A stretch of 64,000 nucleotides of DNA from an uncultured virus (IMG/VR IMGVR_UViG_3300002835_000042) (taxonomy: Duplodnaviria; Heunggongvirae; Uroviricota; Caudoviricetes). Under the pieces are notes generated by a model, which did not search any database, had not been told where the DNA came from, and worked only from the letters and a program-made list of their open reading frames with translations. Below are positions 39,917 through 50,300 of this stretch, one piece after another (the first letter of the stretch is position 1; every line of letters starts with the position of its first letter). Both the position numbers and the translations under genes were made by a program. The DNA lies in IMG/VR virus record IMGVR_UViG_3300002835_000042. One strand, written 5' to 3'.

Positions 39917-41254
39917 GTGGTGAGCAATGTATCTAAAGCCCATTGGAATTCAGATGGGGAAAATCTTCGTCTATCAATGCCTTTTAGTAAGGTCGACAAA
40001 GAGCGACGTATCGTCTCAGGTTTTGCATCATTAGATAACCTAGACAAGCAGATGGATATCGTAACAGCAGAAGCATCTATGAACGCTTTTGCAAAGTTTC
40101 GTGGGAACATTAGAGAAATGCATCAGCCATTAGCAGTAGGCAAGATGGTAAACTTTAAAGAAGATAAGTATTTTGATCCAGAATCAAAGAAATTTTATAG
40201 AGGTGTTTTTGTGTCAGCCTATGTCTCAAAGGGTGCACAAGATACTTGGGAAAAAGTTCTAGACGGAACACTAACAGGTTTTTCTATTGGTGGACGTATG
40301 AACAAGTGGGATGACGGATTTGACGAAAAGTCAGACTCACAAATTAGAATTATTAAAGACTACGACCTAATAGAGTTAAGCCTTGTAGATTCACCAGCAA
40401 ATCAATTTGCCAATATAGTATCGGTTGAAAAAGTTGACGGTGTAGATATTGTAAAGGGAGACTTAACGGTTTTAGAAAATGTTTTTTACGACAAGGAAAA
40501 CGGTATTGTAATATCATCTGAGAACGAATCAGAACTCAGCCCAGTCAGTGGAGAACAAATGGAAAATATAGGGTTCGTTGAAAAAACGGATAATGAAAAA
40601 ACACAAATGATAAAATTCTTAGTTGATAGTGCTAAAGGCATTAATACTTCTAAGATTAACAAGGAGGTACAACCTATGACAAAATCAAAAACACAAGTTG
40701 AAAAGACAGATGTAGTTGAAGATGTTGTGGTCGCTCCAGAGGCAGATGCATCAGTTGCAGAAGTTACTGAACAAGTTGCTAAGGCAGAAGAGGTTGAAGC
40801 AACGGAAGTTGTTAAGACTGATGAAGTTGTAGCAGAAGAGATTACTAAGGCAGAAGATGCTGAAGCAGTCGAAACAGTAGTAGAAGCAGTTGTAGAAGTA
40901 TCTAAGTCAGAAGAGGTAGTTGCGGAAGCAGTTACCGAAATGAAAAATACTCTAGAATCAGCCTTTAGCGATCTAGTGTCAACAGTAAAGGCTTTGCAAG
41001 CAGAAGTAGAACTTCTTAAGTCTTCAAAGGTTGATGTTGATACAGTTAAGGATTCATTTGCAGCAGTTGCAAAAGATATTGCAGCAGTTACAGATGAATT
41101 TAATAAATTTGGAAAACGAGTAGACGCTGTGGAAGCAGACACCGCATTCCGAAAGTCTGGAGATATCGGCGATATCTTCCAGTCTCAGCCTGAAATGGTT
41201 GAAAAATCCCTATGGGGCGGTAGTTTCCTCAAAACAGCCGATCTATTCAAATGA
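39917..41254 (+). CDS. Prohead maturation protease fused to an acidic scaffold region
   Basis: GFAS..N.D.Q.D, REMH, GFSIGG, ELSLVD.PAN; Glu/Val/Ala-rich C-terminal half (start may be GTG 39920). Confidence 0.9.
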   Translation: MVSNVSKAHWNSDGENLRLSMPFSKVDKERRIVSGFASLDNLDKQMDIVTAEASMNAFAKFRGNIREMHQPLAVGKMVNFKEDKYFDPESKKFYRGVFVSAYVSKGAQDTWEKVLDGTLTGFSIGGRMNKWDDGFDEKSDSQIRIIKDYDLIELSLVDSPANQFANIVSVEKVDGVDIVKGDLTVLENVFYDKENGIVISSENESELSPVSGEQMENIGFVEKTDNEKTQMIKFLVDSAKGINTSKINKEVQPMTKSKTQVEKTDVVEDVVVAPEADASVAEVTEQVAKAEEVEATEVVKTDEVVAEEITKAEDAEAVETVVEAVVEVSKSEEVVAEAVTEMKNTLESAFSDLVSTVKALQAEVELLKSSKVDVDTVKDSFAAVAKDIAAVTDEFNKFGKRVDAVEADTAFRKSGDIGDIFQSQPEMVEKSLWGGSFLKTADLFK

Positions 41255-41277
41255 ACAAATCACTAGGAGGTGACAAT

Positions 41278-42408
41278 ATGTCAGAAGAAATAATCAAAAA
41301 CCAGCCAGGCGAATCTGGAGAACTAGGTGGAACAGCACCAGGACTTTATCAGGGCCAAGGTGCTTTCGCATCAGGTGGTATTGGTGGAGTATCAAATCCA
41401 GGAGCAAACACTCTAGGAAATATTCCAACAGCAACACTTGGATCAACAAGCGGAGCAAATGCTGTTAACCCTAGTGGTTCAGCGGCTTCTGGAATTTTGC
41501 GCCCCGAGCAGGCACGTCGTTTTATCGACTATGTTTGGGACGCTACAGTGTTAGCAAAGGATGGCCGTCGTGTAACAATGAAGGCTAATTCAATGGAACT
41601 TGAGAAGGTAAACGTCGGTGAGCGTGTAATTCGTGCAGCAGCGCAAGCAGTTGGTACATACACAAACACAGGTGCAACATTCTCTAAGGTCGAACTTACT
41701 ACCAAGAAGATTCGTCTTGATTGGGAAGTAACAGCAGAATCATTGGAAGATGGTGTAGAAGGTGACGCTCTAGAAGATCACTTAGTACGCTTGATGACCA
41801 ACGCATTCGCAAACGATATCGAAGATCTCGCTATCAACGGTGATGGTTCAACAGGAGCATTCTTGTCAATCATGCCAGGCTTTATTAAGAAGACCAAAGA
41901 TGGTGGAGCACATGAGTCAGTAGTGACCGTAGCAGATAATGCTTGGACACCTGATGTAATGCAGGGCATCATCAATGCAATGCCACGTAAGTACCGTGCA
42001 CTTAAGAACAATCTTAAGTTCTACGCAGGTACAGACGTATTCGGTGGAATCGTTAAGAATAACGGTACACTTGCTGATGCAGTTGCTGAAGCGTTTGCTG
42101 GACAAATTCCAGGAAGCACTCAAGCAAACCGTCAGTCATACCTTGATGGTATCGGACAGACATTCGGTGGAGCACGTACAACTCGTGTTCTCGGAATCGA
42201 AGTTCAGGAAGTTCCTTACTACCCAGCAGGCTATGTCGACTTGACATTCCCAGCAAACCGTGTATGGGGATTCCAAAGAGACATCACTGTAAACCGTGAA
42301 TACGTAGCAAAGAAAGACACGATTGAATACACAGTATTCGTTCGCTTCGGACTCCAGTTGGAAGAAGAAGACGCCATTTCTTACGCAGATGCTGCAGCAG
42401 ACGCATAG
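41278..42408 (+). CDS. Major capsid protein (HK97 fold)
   Basis: G.L.PEQA.RFI, E.LED..EG, D.EDLAINGD; follows the protease; GGAGG RBS. Confidence 0.9.
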   Translation: MSEEIIKNQPGESGELGGTAPGLYQGQGAFASGGIGGVSNPGANTLGNIPTATLGSTSGANAVNPSGSAASGILRPEQARRFIDYVWDATVLAKDGRRVTMKANSMELEKVNVGERVIRAAAQAVGTYTNTGATFSKVELTTKKIRLDWEVTAESLEDGVEGDALEDHLVRLMTNAFANDIEDLAINGDGSTGAFLSIMPGFIKKTKDGGAHESVVTVADNAWTPDVMQGIINAMPRKYRALKNNLKFYAGTDVFGGIVKNNGTLADAVAEAFAGQIPGSTQANRQSYLDGIGQTFGGARTTRVLGIEVQEVPYYPAGYVDLTFPANRVWGFQRDITVNREYVAKKDTIEYTVFVRFGLQLEEEDAISYADAAADA

Positions 42409-42429
42409 TCTGTAACCAGTAACCTTTAA

Positions 42430-42463
42430 TGGGGGGCGGGAGTTCACTCTCCTGTCCCCCTTA
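42430..42463 (+). terminator. GC-rich hairpin after the capsid gene
   Basis: GGGGGCGGGAG-TTCACT-CTCCTGTCCCC. Confidence 0.65.
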
Positions 42464-42499
42464 ATACTTTAGTGATATAATACAAACAAGGAGGATACA

Positions 42500-42937
42500 A
42501 TGGAAAATAATGATAACGAAATGCGATCAATACATGAATTTGTAGAAGAGCCAGCACAAGAGCCAACACCTGCACCAGAGCCAGTACAGGAGCCAGTACA
42601 GGAGCCAGAGCCAGTTGCTGAAGCAGTTGTTGAAGCACCAGTTGCCGAGGCAGTTGTTGAAGCACCAGCAGTAGAAGAGCCAGTACAAGCACTAGGATTT
42701 ACAGCAACGGGAGCAATTGGATCAATGGCAGCAGACGGTCCTAAGAAAACTGTCAAAGTGGAAGGTCTTGGAGACAAGGTTGCTATTCACTCAACAAAAA
42801 GCGTTTATTGGTCAGAAGTCGGGTCTGTAACGAAGGGTTACAATATTGTAACAAAGCAACAGGCAGACAAGTGGTTAACTCGCAAACATGTCAGAATTGC
42901 AGCACCAGAAGAAGTCAAGAAGGCTTTTGGTTTGTAA
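42500..42937 (+). CDS. Pro/Glu/Ala/Val-rich head-associated protein
   Basis: ORF with AGGAGG RBS; EPVQ and VAEAVVEAP repeats. Confidence 0.7.
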   Translation: MENNDNEMRSIHEFVEEPAQEPTPAPEPVQEPVQEPEPVAEAVVEAPVAEAVVEAPAVEEPVQALGFTATGAIGSMAADGPKKTVKVEGLGDKVAIHSTKSVYWSEVGSVTKGYNIVTKQQADKWLTRKHVRIAAPEEVKKAFGL

Positions 42938-42939
42938 AA

Positions 42940-43821
42940 ATGGAAATATTGAGGGTTCCGCCATACGCTAATATACCAGTTATATACACAATCCCTACAA
43001 ATATAGTGGATGAAGATGTGACTGTTACTGTTACCGATTTGGCGGACCTTTCAATTTCTACATTAGAATTTGATGAACTTTCAACGGGAGACACAGTAAC
43101 AATAAATCTTCCTGGAAGATATGACTCTGATTACAGAGTAGAAGTTCTTATTGACGGAGATATTGTCTCTGATACTACATACGAAATAGTTAGACCATAT
43201 GTAAATCCAACTACAAAGGGAGATACAGCCTCAGAGATTTCTGCCTATGCAGATAACGAAGGAATAGCAAGGTCAATTATTGACTCAATAGTTGGAGAAG
43301 GATTTTATTATAAGAAAAAGGTTTTGAATTTTACAGGAACTGGATCAGACTACCTACCTATCTGGGATGATGTAAAAAAGGTTTTAACCGTATATGAAAA
43401 TAACAAATTGGTAACAGACAGACAGTACGAAGTAACATCAGACAAGACAGCAATTGTTGAAAAGTCAACAGACAACATTAATCGTGCAGAGTCAGCCCCA
43501 CTAGTATTGCCATCAGCATCTTCTGATTCTCTAGATCCACAGTTTATTTATAGAGGGTTTGGAAAAACTTGGGACTACAGAATCATAGTTGAATATGGAC
43601 ATACATCTGTTCCATCAGATATTGTTAAGGCAACAGAGATGCTTGTCCATGATATAGAGTGTGGCAAGTTAGATTATTACAAGAGATTTATTTCTTCATA
43701 CAACACAGATCAATACAGAATTCAATTTGACAAAGGTTTATTCGAAGGAACAGGAAATATACTTGTAGACAAGATACTCTCGAAGTATACTAAGTCTATT
43801 ACAAAACTTGGGGTGTTGTAA
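42940..43821 (+). CDS. Head-tail adaptor/connector
   Basis: Position; A..IID...G; VP.DI..A...L; TGN..VD.IL..Y. Confidence 0.7.
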   Translation: MEILRVPPYANIPVIYTIPTNIVDEDVTVTVTDLADLSISTLEFDELSTGDTVTINLPGRYDSDYRVEVLIDGDIVSDTTYEIVRPYVNPTTKGDTASEISAYADNEGIARSIIDSIVGEGFYYKKKVLNFTGTGSDYLPIWDDVKKVLTVYENNKLVTDRQYEVTSDKTAIVEKSTDNINRAESAPLVLPSASSDSLDPQFIYRGFGKTWDYRIIVEYGHTSVPSDIVKATEMLVHDIECGKLDYYKRFISSYNTDQYRIQFDKGLFEGTGNILVDKILSKYTKSITKLGVL

Positions 43822-44270
43822 TGACAATATGCGAAACTCCAGACTTTATGTTTCCAATGCAAGCCTCTCTTTATCATCCAATTGTTGAGCAGGGCGACTT
43901 TGGAGCAATTAAAAAACAATGGGTTTTAGATAGAACTTTTGCTTGTAGTTTTTCTTCAGGAGGATCAGCCTTTAAAGAAGAGGTAAAGCCAAACGTAAAT
44001 ATTACACAGAACTCTATTTTAGTCGGAAGAACAAAATCAGACATTAGAATATCTTCTAGAGACAATAAAAACTCTTTAACTAACATATTAGTAACAGACA
44101 TAAAAGATCAAGAAGGAAATCTAATATATATGGAAACCTCTGGCCCAAGATCTGGCAAGGGAACACTGTTTGAAATAGCCACCTACGAACCATTTGTGGG
44201 ACCGTTTGGTGTTGTAGATTCATACAAGTTAATTATCAGAAGATCAGAAAATCAAACAGGTGATGTATGA
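43821..44270 (+). CDS. Head closure/stopper protein (putative)
   Basis: Gene order and size. Confidence 0.55.
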   Translation: MTICETPDFMFPMQASLYHPIVEQGDFGAIKKQWVLDRTFACSFSSGGSAFKEEVKPNVNITQNSILVGRTKSDIRISSRDNKNSLTNILVTDIKDQEGNLIYMETSGPRSGKGTLFEIATYEPFVGPFGVVDSYKLIIRRSENQTGDV

Positions 44271-44941
44271 GAGCAGTATTTAATTCTATGCAATTTAAAA
44301 AAGATATGAGCAATATTGTTGACTACTCTGTTGGATTTTTAGAGGGCATTCATAGAGGTAAAACTGTATTCTTAAAAACATTAGGACTAGAAACAGTAGA
44401 ACTTATGAAAGAATTTATAGACTCAAATGCCAGGGTAAATCCAGAAATGTTACATCATATTTATGAGTGGCATCAAACAGGAAGCCCAAGTGCAAGACTA
44501 TATGACATATCGTATACCACAAGCCAATTAGGGCTATCTTTTAAATCATCTTTTAGCCAGTCTACATCAATTAAAAATGGATCAAGAACTCCATTTTACG
44601 ACAAGGCAAGGATTATGGAAGAAGGAATTCCAGTAACAATTAGACCAAGGCTTGCTCAGGTTTTAGCGTTTGAAGACAATGGAGAAATGGTGTTTACAAA
44701 AAATGAAGTTAGGGTTGACAACCCTGGAGGAACTGCAGTAGAGGGTGGTTTTGAAAAAGTGTTTGACATGTTCTTCAACAGATACTTTTCTCAGGCATTC
44801 TTAAGAGTAAGCGGAGTTGCTAAGTATCTTGAGAACCCAATAGTTTACAAAAAAGATATGCCAGCAGGAAAAAGAATGGGCAGATCAAAAGGAATTTCAA
44901 CAGGCTATCGTTGGATTGCTAATGCAGGGGTAGGTGCATAA
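44267..44941 (+). CDS. Neck/tail completion protein (putative)
   Basis: Gene order; A.IMEEG.PVTIRP...L.F motif. Confidence 0.55.
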   Translation: MRAVFNSMQFKKDMSNIVDYSVGFLEGIHRGKTVFLKTLGLETVELMKEFIDSNARVNPEMLHHIYEWHQTGSPSARLYDISYTTSQLGLSFKSSFSQSTSIKNGSRTPFYDKARIMEEGIPVTIRPRLAQVLAFEDNGEMVFTKNEVRVDNPGGTAVEGGFEKVFDMFFNRYFSQAFLRVSGVAKYLENPIVYKKDMPAGKRMGRSKGISTGYRWIANAGVGA

Positions 44942-45453
44942 TGACTGCAGTAATACATCATCCACCAACAATTATTAATAAGTACCTTGCAGCAAAACTT
45001 AATATGGAAGATTTTAGTGGAGCAGCATATTTTTTCCCAACACTTCCAACACAAATAGATTCTTTGACTGAAACATTTCCAGACAGCAATGGTGTTTTTG
45101 CTGTATATGACAGAATGTTTAAAATGAGAAGAGTTCCATTCCCATATATAAAGTGTGAACAACTTCTATACTATTTTTATGCAACTGGTGATGATGCACA
45201 AAAGAAAATGATAATTACGCAGCAAAAGGTGAATGATCTTTTAGACTATGCAGATGATTCTGCAAAAGAGGTAAACGAGTGGGCAGCAGCAAACCAGAGT
45301 GAGTGGAACGCAGAGTCTAAAGAGTGCTTTTTCCACAACTTCAAGATCTATCAACTTGAAGAAACCAGGGATATTATAGACTTTGGCACAGCCCGTACTT
45401 ATGCGGGGAATAAAATCATCATAGACTACGACTGGCACCCAGTAAACCCATAA
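44941..45453 (+). CDS. Tail terminator protein (putative)
   Basis: Immediately upstream of the tail tube gene. Confidence 0.5.
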   Translation: MTAVIHHPPTIINKYLAAKLNMEDFSGAAYFFPTLPTQIDSLTETFPDSNGVFAVYDRMFKMRRVPFPYIKCEQLLYYFYATGDDAQKKMIITQQKVNDLLDYADDSAKEVNEWAAANQSEWNAESKECFFHNFKIYQLEETRDIIDFGTARTYAGNKIIIDYDWHPVNP

Positions 45454-45520
45454 TAAAAAGGCAGTATAATTAGGATGAGGAAACAAGCCCTTTTTTAATA
45501 AAATGAAAGAGGTGAAAAAT

Positions 45521-46174
45521 ATGGCATACAGCCGTGGTTCAAGTAGTAACATCATCGTAGGTGCAGCAGCACTATTTACGCATGATGCAGGTCCAATCGG
45601 ACTTGACAGCGCAGGAAAGATTACTGATACTCAAGCAGGAACAGATCTACCAGCATTCACTGCATCCGCAGATTCCTACAAAGATACATTGTCTGAAGAC
45701 AGTGCATACACAAACGTAGGCTACACATCAAATGGTTTGGAACTCGCATTCCAGCCTGATTTTGGTGAAGTAGCGGTAGACCAACTTCTCGACGTTGCTC
45801 GTTTATTCAAGCAAGGTATGACAGTTAATCTAAATACATCTTTCGCAGAGGCAACACTAGAAAACCTTCTAGTAGCAATTGCAGCAGATGACACAGATCT
45901 CACATCAGCATCAAACGTTTCACAACTCAAGATGTCTGCAGGAGATATTGGTGACGTTCCGTTGGAGCGTGGCCTTGTCGCAGTAGGTCCAGGATCTGGT
46001 TCCGCTGCAACACCAAAGGAAAGAATCTATGTTGCATACCGTGCACTCTCAATTGAGAATGTTACAGTATCAGCAAAGCGTGATGAGGCTTCAATGTTTG
46101 AAGTATCATTCCGTCTTCTTCCAAACGATGACGCATCATACGGTAGAATCGTAGATCGTTCTCTAACAGCATAA
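45521..46174 (+). CDS. Major tail (tube) protein
   Basis: NIIVGAA, VGYT..G, VDQ, EATLENL, V.F..LP siphovirus tube motifs. Confidence 0.85.
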   Translation: MAYSRGSSSNIIVGAAALFTHDAGPIGLDSAGKITDTQAGTDLPAFTASADSYKDTLSEDSAYTNVGYTSNGLELAFQPDFGEVAVDQLLDVARLFKQGMTVNLNTSFAEATLENLLVAIAADDTDLTSASNVSQLKMSAGDIGDVPLERGLVAVGPGSGSAATPKERIYVAYRALSIENVTVSAKRDEASMFEVSFRLLPNDDASYGRIVDRSLTA

Positions 46175-46191
46175 TACAACTTAATAGGACT

Positions 46192-46221
46192 AGCCCAGAC
46201 CCTTGAAAGTCTGGGCTTTTC
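46192..46221 (+). terminator. Rho-independent terminator
   Basis: AGCCCAGAC-loop-GTCTGGGCT-TTT. Confidence 0.75.
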
Positions 46222-46246
46222 CATTTCCATTTGGTATACTTATATA

Positions 46247-46927
46247 ATGGCAACAAGCATTTATGAAAAAATAAAGTTTAGTCTTATAGACGGTACAGTC
46301 ATTGAGTCTGGACCTCTTAAAATAAAATATCTTAGAGAGTTTTTAGAAATTTTTGAAACAATAAAAGAAGCAAAATCAGATGATGAGTCTATATCTGTTT
46401 TAGTTTCTTGCTGTTTAATAGCAATGAAACAGTATGCTCCACACATCAAAACCTTAGAAGATGTTGAAGATAATTTAGATCTTCCCACCATATATAAAGT
46501 AATTGATATTGCAGCAGGAATTAAAATAAATCAAAAATCTGAAGAGCCAGTAAAATCTCAAGCAGTAGATAGCGGATCTTCATGGGAGACTTTAGATCTT
46601 GCAAAACTTGAGTCAGAAGCATTTCTTATAGGAATATGGAAAGACTACGAAGAATTAGAAGAATCTCTTTCAATGCCAGAACTTACAGCAACGATTAAAA
46701 TCAAAAGAGAGTTAGACTACAGTGATAAAAAATTTGCTGCTGCCATGCAAGGAGTAGATCTTGACAAAAATTCAGGGAATTCGAATGCATGGGAAGACAT
46801 GAAGGCCAGAGTGTTCAGTGGTGGCAAGGCTGTAGATGGAAACGATATACTTGCACTACAAGGAAAGAATGCAGAAAAGGCTGGATTTGGAATTGGAATG
46901 GGCCTTGATTACGAGGTTTACGAATAG
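46247..46927 (+). CDS. Tail assembly chaperone, long (GT-like) form
   Basis: Between tube and tape measure; N-terminal half paralogous to 46983. Confidence 0.65.
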   Translation: MATSIYEKIKFSLIDGTVIESGPLKIKYLREFLEIFETIKEAKSDDESISVLVSCCLIAMKQYAPHIKTLEDVEDNLDLPTIYKVIDIAAGIKINQKSEEPVKSQAVDSGSSWETLDLAKLESEAFLIGIWKDYEELEESLSMPELTATIKIKRELDYSDKKFAAAMQGVDLDKNSGNSNAWEDMKARVFSGGKAVDGNDILALQGKNAEKAGFGIGMGLDYEVYE

Positions 46928-46982
46928 CAAAAAATATGACTCCGCTATGGTATAATTAACTAAACCTTATAAGGAGGAATAG

Positions 46983-47306
46983 ATGGCAACTGCCACAGAA
47001 GAAAAAACAGTAACTCTGATCGATGGAACCAAGATCAAGGTAAGACCACTTAAAATCTCACTACTTCGTCCGTTTATGAAGAAGTTTGAAGATATCGCAA
47101 AAGTAGCAGAAGACAATGAGAAGTCAATGAATCTGCTTATGGAGTGCGTACAAATTGCAATGCAACAATACAAGCCAGAATTGGCAGAAGACAAGGAAGC
47201 CCTAGAAGAAAATATGGACCTTCCTACAGTATACAAGATCGTTGAAGAGGCATCTGGAATTAGACTTTCAGACGCTACTCTACTTGGCAATCTTGTAAAC
47301 AATTAA
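46983..47306 (+). CDS. Tail assembly chaperone, short (G-like) form
   Basis: IDGT....PLKI..LR.F...IAM.QY...N.DLPT.YK....A.GI. Confidence 0.7.
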   Translation: MATATEEKTVTLIDGTKIKVRPLKISLLRPFMKKFEDIAKVAEDNEKSMNLLMECVQIAMQQYKPELAEDKEALEENMDLPTVYKIVEEASGIRLSDATLLGNLVNN

Positions 47307-47326
47307 ATAAAAAGAGGTGTTAATGG

Positions 47327-50300
47327 ATGGCTGATGTTCAATCCAATATTCATGTAAATATTGATACGTCGGATGCTCTAGCAAGTTTAAAACTTCTACA
47401 GCGTCAAATATCAGCCTTCCACACACAGATGTCGAAGTCTGGCGCAGCAGCGTCAGCGGTAGCAGCAAATCAAGCACAAAACTTGATGAACAGCATAAAT
47501 GCAACTGGACAATTCCAGGCATCTATGAGAACGGTAGCAACAAGTACCGAGCATTTTACCAATGCTTTAGAAAGAAACAAGTTAACATCTAGAGAGTATT
47601 TTAGATATACTGGCGCAGCCACAAAAACTTTCGGTAGATTATTTAAATCTGAATTTGAGACAATAAACAAAGTTGCACGAGAGCGTGTAAAAGATATCCA
47701 GACCCAGTATATTAAGATGGGCAGAGGAGCCAATGGCGCTTTACAGGCTATTGCAGTAAGACCGCTTACCCTAGACATGAAAAATCTGGGTACACAAACA
47801 GCGATGGCAGCACAAAGACAGCAACTACTAAATCAATTATTAAAGCAAGGATCTACAAATCTTCTAAATTTTGGTAAGAATACACAGTGGGCTGGCCGTC
47901 AGTTAATGGTTGGTTTTACGGTTCCATTGATGCTCCTTGGCTCAACTGCTGCTAAGACCTTCATGAAACTTGAAGAGCAGGCAATTAGATTTAAGCGTGT
48001 TTATGGAGAACTCTTTACAACACAAGAAGAAACAGATAAGATGGTTGATGATATTCAGTTACTTGCAAAAGAGTTTACCAAGTATGGCGTTTCAGTAGAA
48101 AAGACCATGGAGATGGCTGCAAACGCAGCAGCAATGGGTAAGATGGGTTCAGAATTAAAGGCTCAAGTAATGGAAGCAACTCGCCTTGCTGTTCTTGGTG
48201 GTGTTGAGCAAGAGCAAGCCCTTGAAACAACTATTTCCGTAACAAATGCATTTGGTGTTGCAGCAGAAGATTTAGCAAAGAAAATTGATTTCCTTAACGC
48301 AGTTGAAAACCAGACTGTAGTATCTATTGAAGACTTAACAATAGCAATTCCAAAAGCAGGACCAGTTGTTAAGCAACTTGGTGGAGATGTAGAAGATCTT
48401 GCATTCTTCCTGACCGCTATGAAAGAGGGAGGAATCAATGCATCAGAAGGTGCTAATGCACTCAAGTCGGGTCTTGCATCTTTAATTAATCCATCTGAAA
48501 AAGCATCAAAGATGCTTGCAGGGCTTGGCATAAACATCAAGGGTATTGTAGAAGCAAATGCAGGAGACGTTAAATCAACAGTGGTAGACTTTGCAGCAGC
48601 ATTAGACACACTAGATCCTCTTAATCGTGCAAGAGCAATTGAGCAATTATTTGGCAAGTTTCAGTTTTCAAGACTATCTACATTGTTTCAAAACGTAGCA
48701 AAAGAAGGAACCCAGGCAGCAAGAGTTTTGGAACTTACTAAGGCTTCAACTGAAGAGTTGGCTATTTTGTCTGAACGAGAATTATCAAGAGTAGAAGATT
48801 CAACTACCTACAAGTTTAAGAAAACAATTGAAGACTTAAAGGTTAGTCTTGCCCCAGTTGGAGAACAGTTCTTAAAAGCACTGACTCCTATAGTTGAATT
48901 TGTCGGTAAGGTTTTAGAAAAGTTTAATGGTCTAGGTGACGGAAGCAAAAAGTTTATAACAATGATTACAATTGCTCTAGGCGCCATCGGACCAGTAGCG
49001 CTTATGACATTTGGTTTGCTTGCTAATGGTGTTGCAAATATAATTAAATTGTTTGCAAATATGAAAATGGCATTCAATAGAACAGGATCATCGACACAGG
49101 TTTTAGGACAACAAACAGACTACTTGACACAGCAACAACTTGAAGCCTCTGCAGTTGCAGCATCTCTTGACCAAGTTCATCAAAGATTAACACAAAGGTT
49201 TACTTCCGAAACAGCAGCAGTAAATGCATTAGCCCTAGCATATAGAAATGCAATCGCAGCACAAGTTGGATTTACTGGACCAGTCGGCAGGGGTGGCAAG
49301 ATGAAAGGCCCTCCACAAAGCAGTCAGTATTCTACAGGAGTCACATCAGTTCCAGGGACAGGAAACCAAGACACTGTTCCCGCTATGCTTACTCCTGGAG
49401 AAGCAGTTATTCCAGCAGGAGCAGCACAAGATCCAGCAAACAAGCCACTAATTGCCAGAATGGTAGCAGGCGAAAAAATTCCGGGATTTAATAAGGGAAC
49501 AACAAAAGTAACTTATAACGGAAAAGATTACAATGCACAGTCTGCAGTAGGTGCAAAGAATATAAGAGATTTCTTAAATCAACTTGTACAAAATCCAGAT
49601 GGAACTCTTACAGACACAAAAACAGGAAAAATATTTACAAAAGAAAGATTGACTCAAGTTCTTGATACAAGACAACTAGAAGGAAAATTTTCAGAGACCA
49701 AAATCAGAAGATCTCTTACAAGAGATAACATGTCTAATAGGTCTGCACTTATTAAAAGACTAAAAGAAGCGTATAACGAAAAAAATGCAAAAACACTTCT
49801 AAGTGAGCAAGAAGCAATAGAAAAAGCACTAAAAGATCGTGGTCTGCCACCGCTTACCAAAGAGCAAAAAAAGAACGCCTTTACAACTGCAAATGCACAC
49901 CTTACAAAAGACGTTGATGAAGATGGTAACAAAAGGTGGAGAGTAGTAAATGTTGCACCAGATCCAGGATATATAAATCAGTTTGTAAATAGCGTTCAGG
50001 GCAATCTAGGAAAAGAACTATTAGGTTTACCAGATGACGTACTAGAAAAATACAACATAGACAGAGAAGAACTTAGAAAAATTGTTGACGATGGAGCACA
50101 TCCAAAAACTGACAAAGCAGCAAACACATTTAGGGGTGCTGCTAGATATCAAATAGAGAATCAAAAAAGACTTGGAGTTCCAGCAGACAGAATATATCAA
50201 GCACACTTGGTCGATGCTGGCTTAGAGTATAGAGGTAAAGAAAGAATAGGTGCTTACTCTCAGGGAGGACTAAAGTCGTTTGCAGATCTTTATCCAAAAG

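Noticed and set aside
40486..41142. 218-aa minus-strand ORF and similar antisense ORFs across the tape measure
   Set aside because: Antisense shadows of strongly biased plus-strand genes
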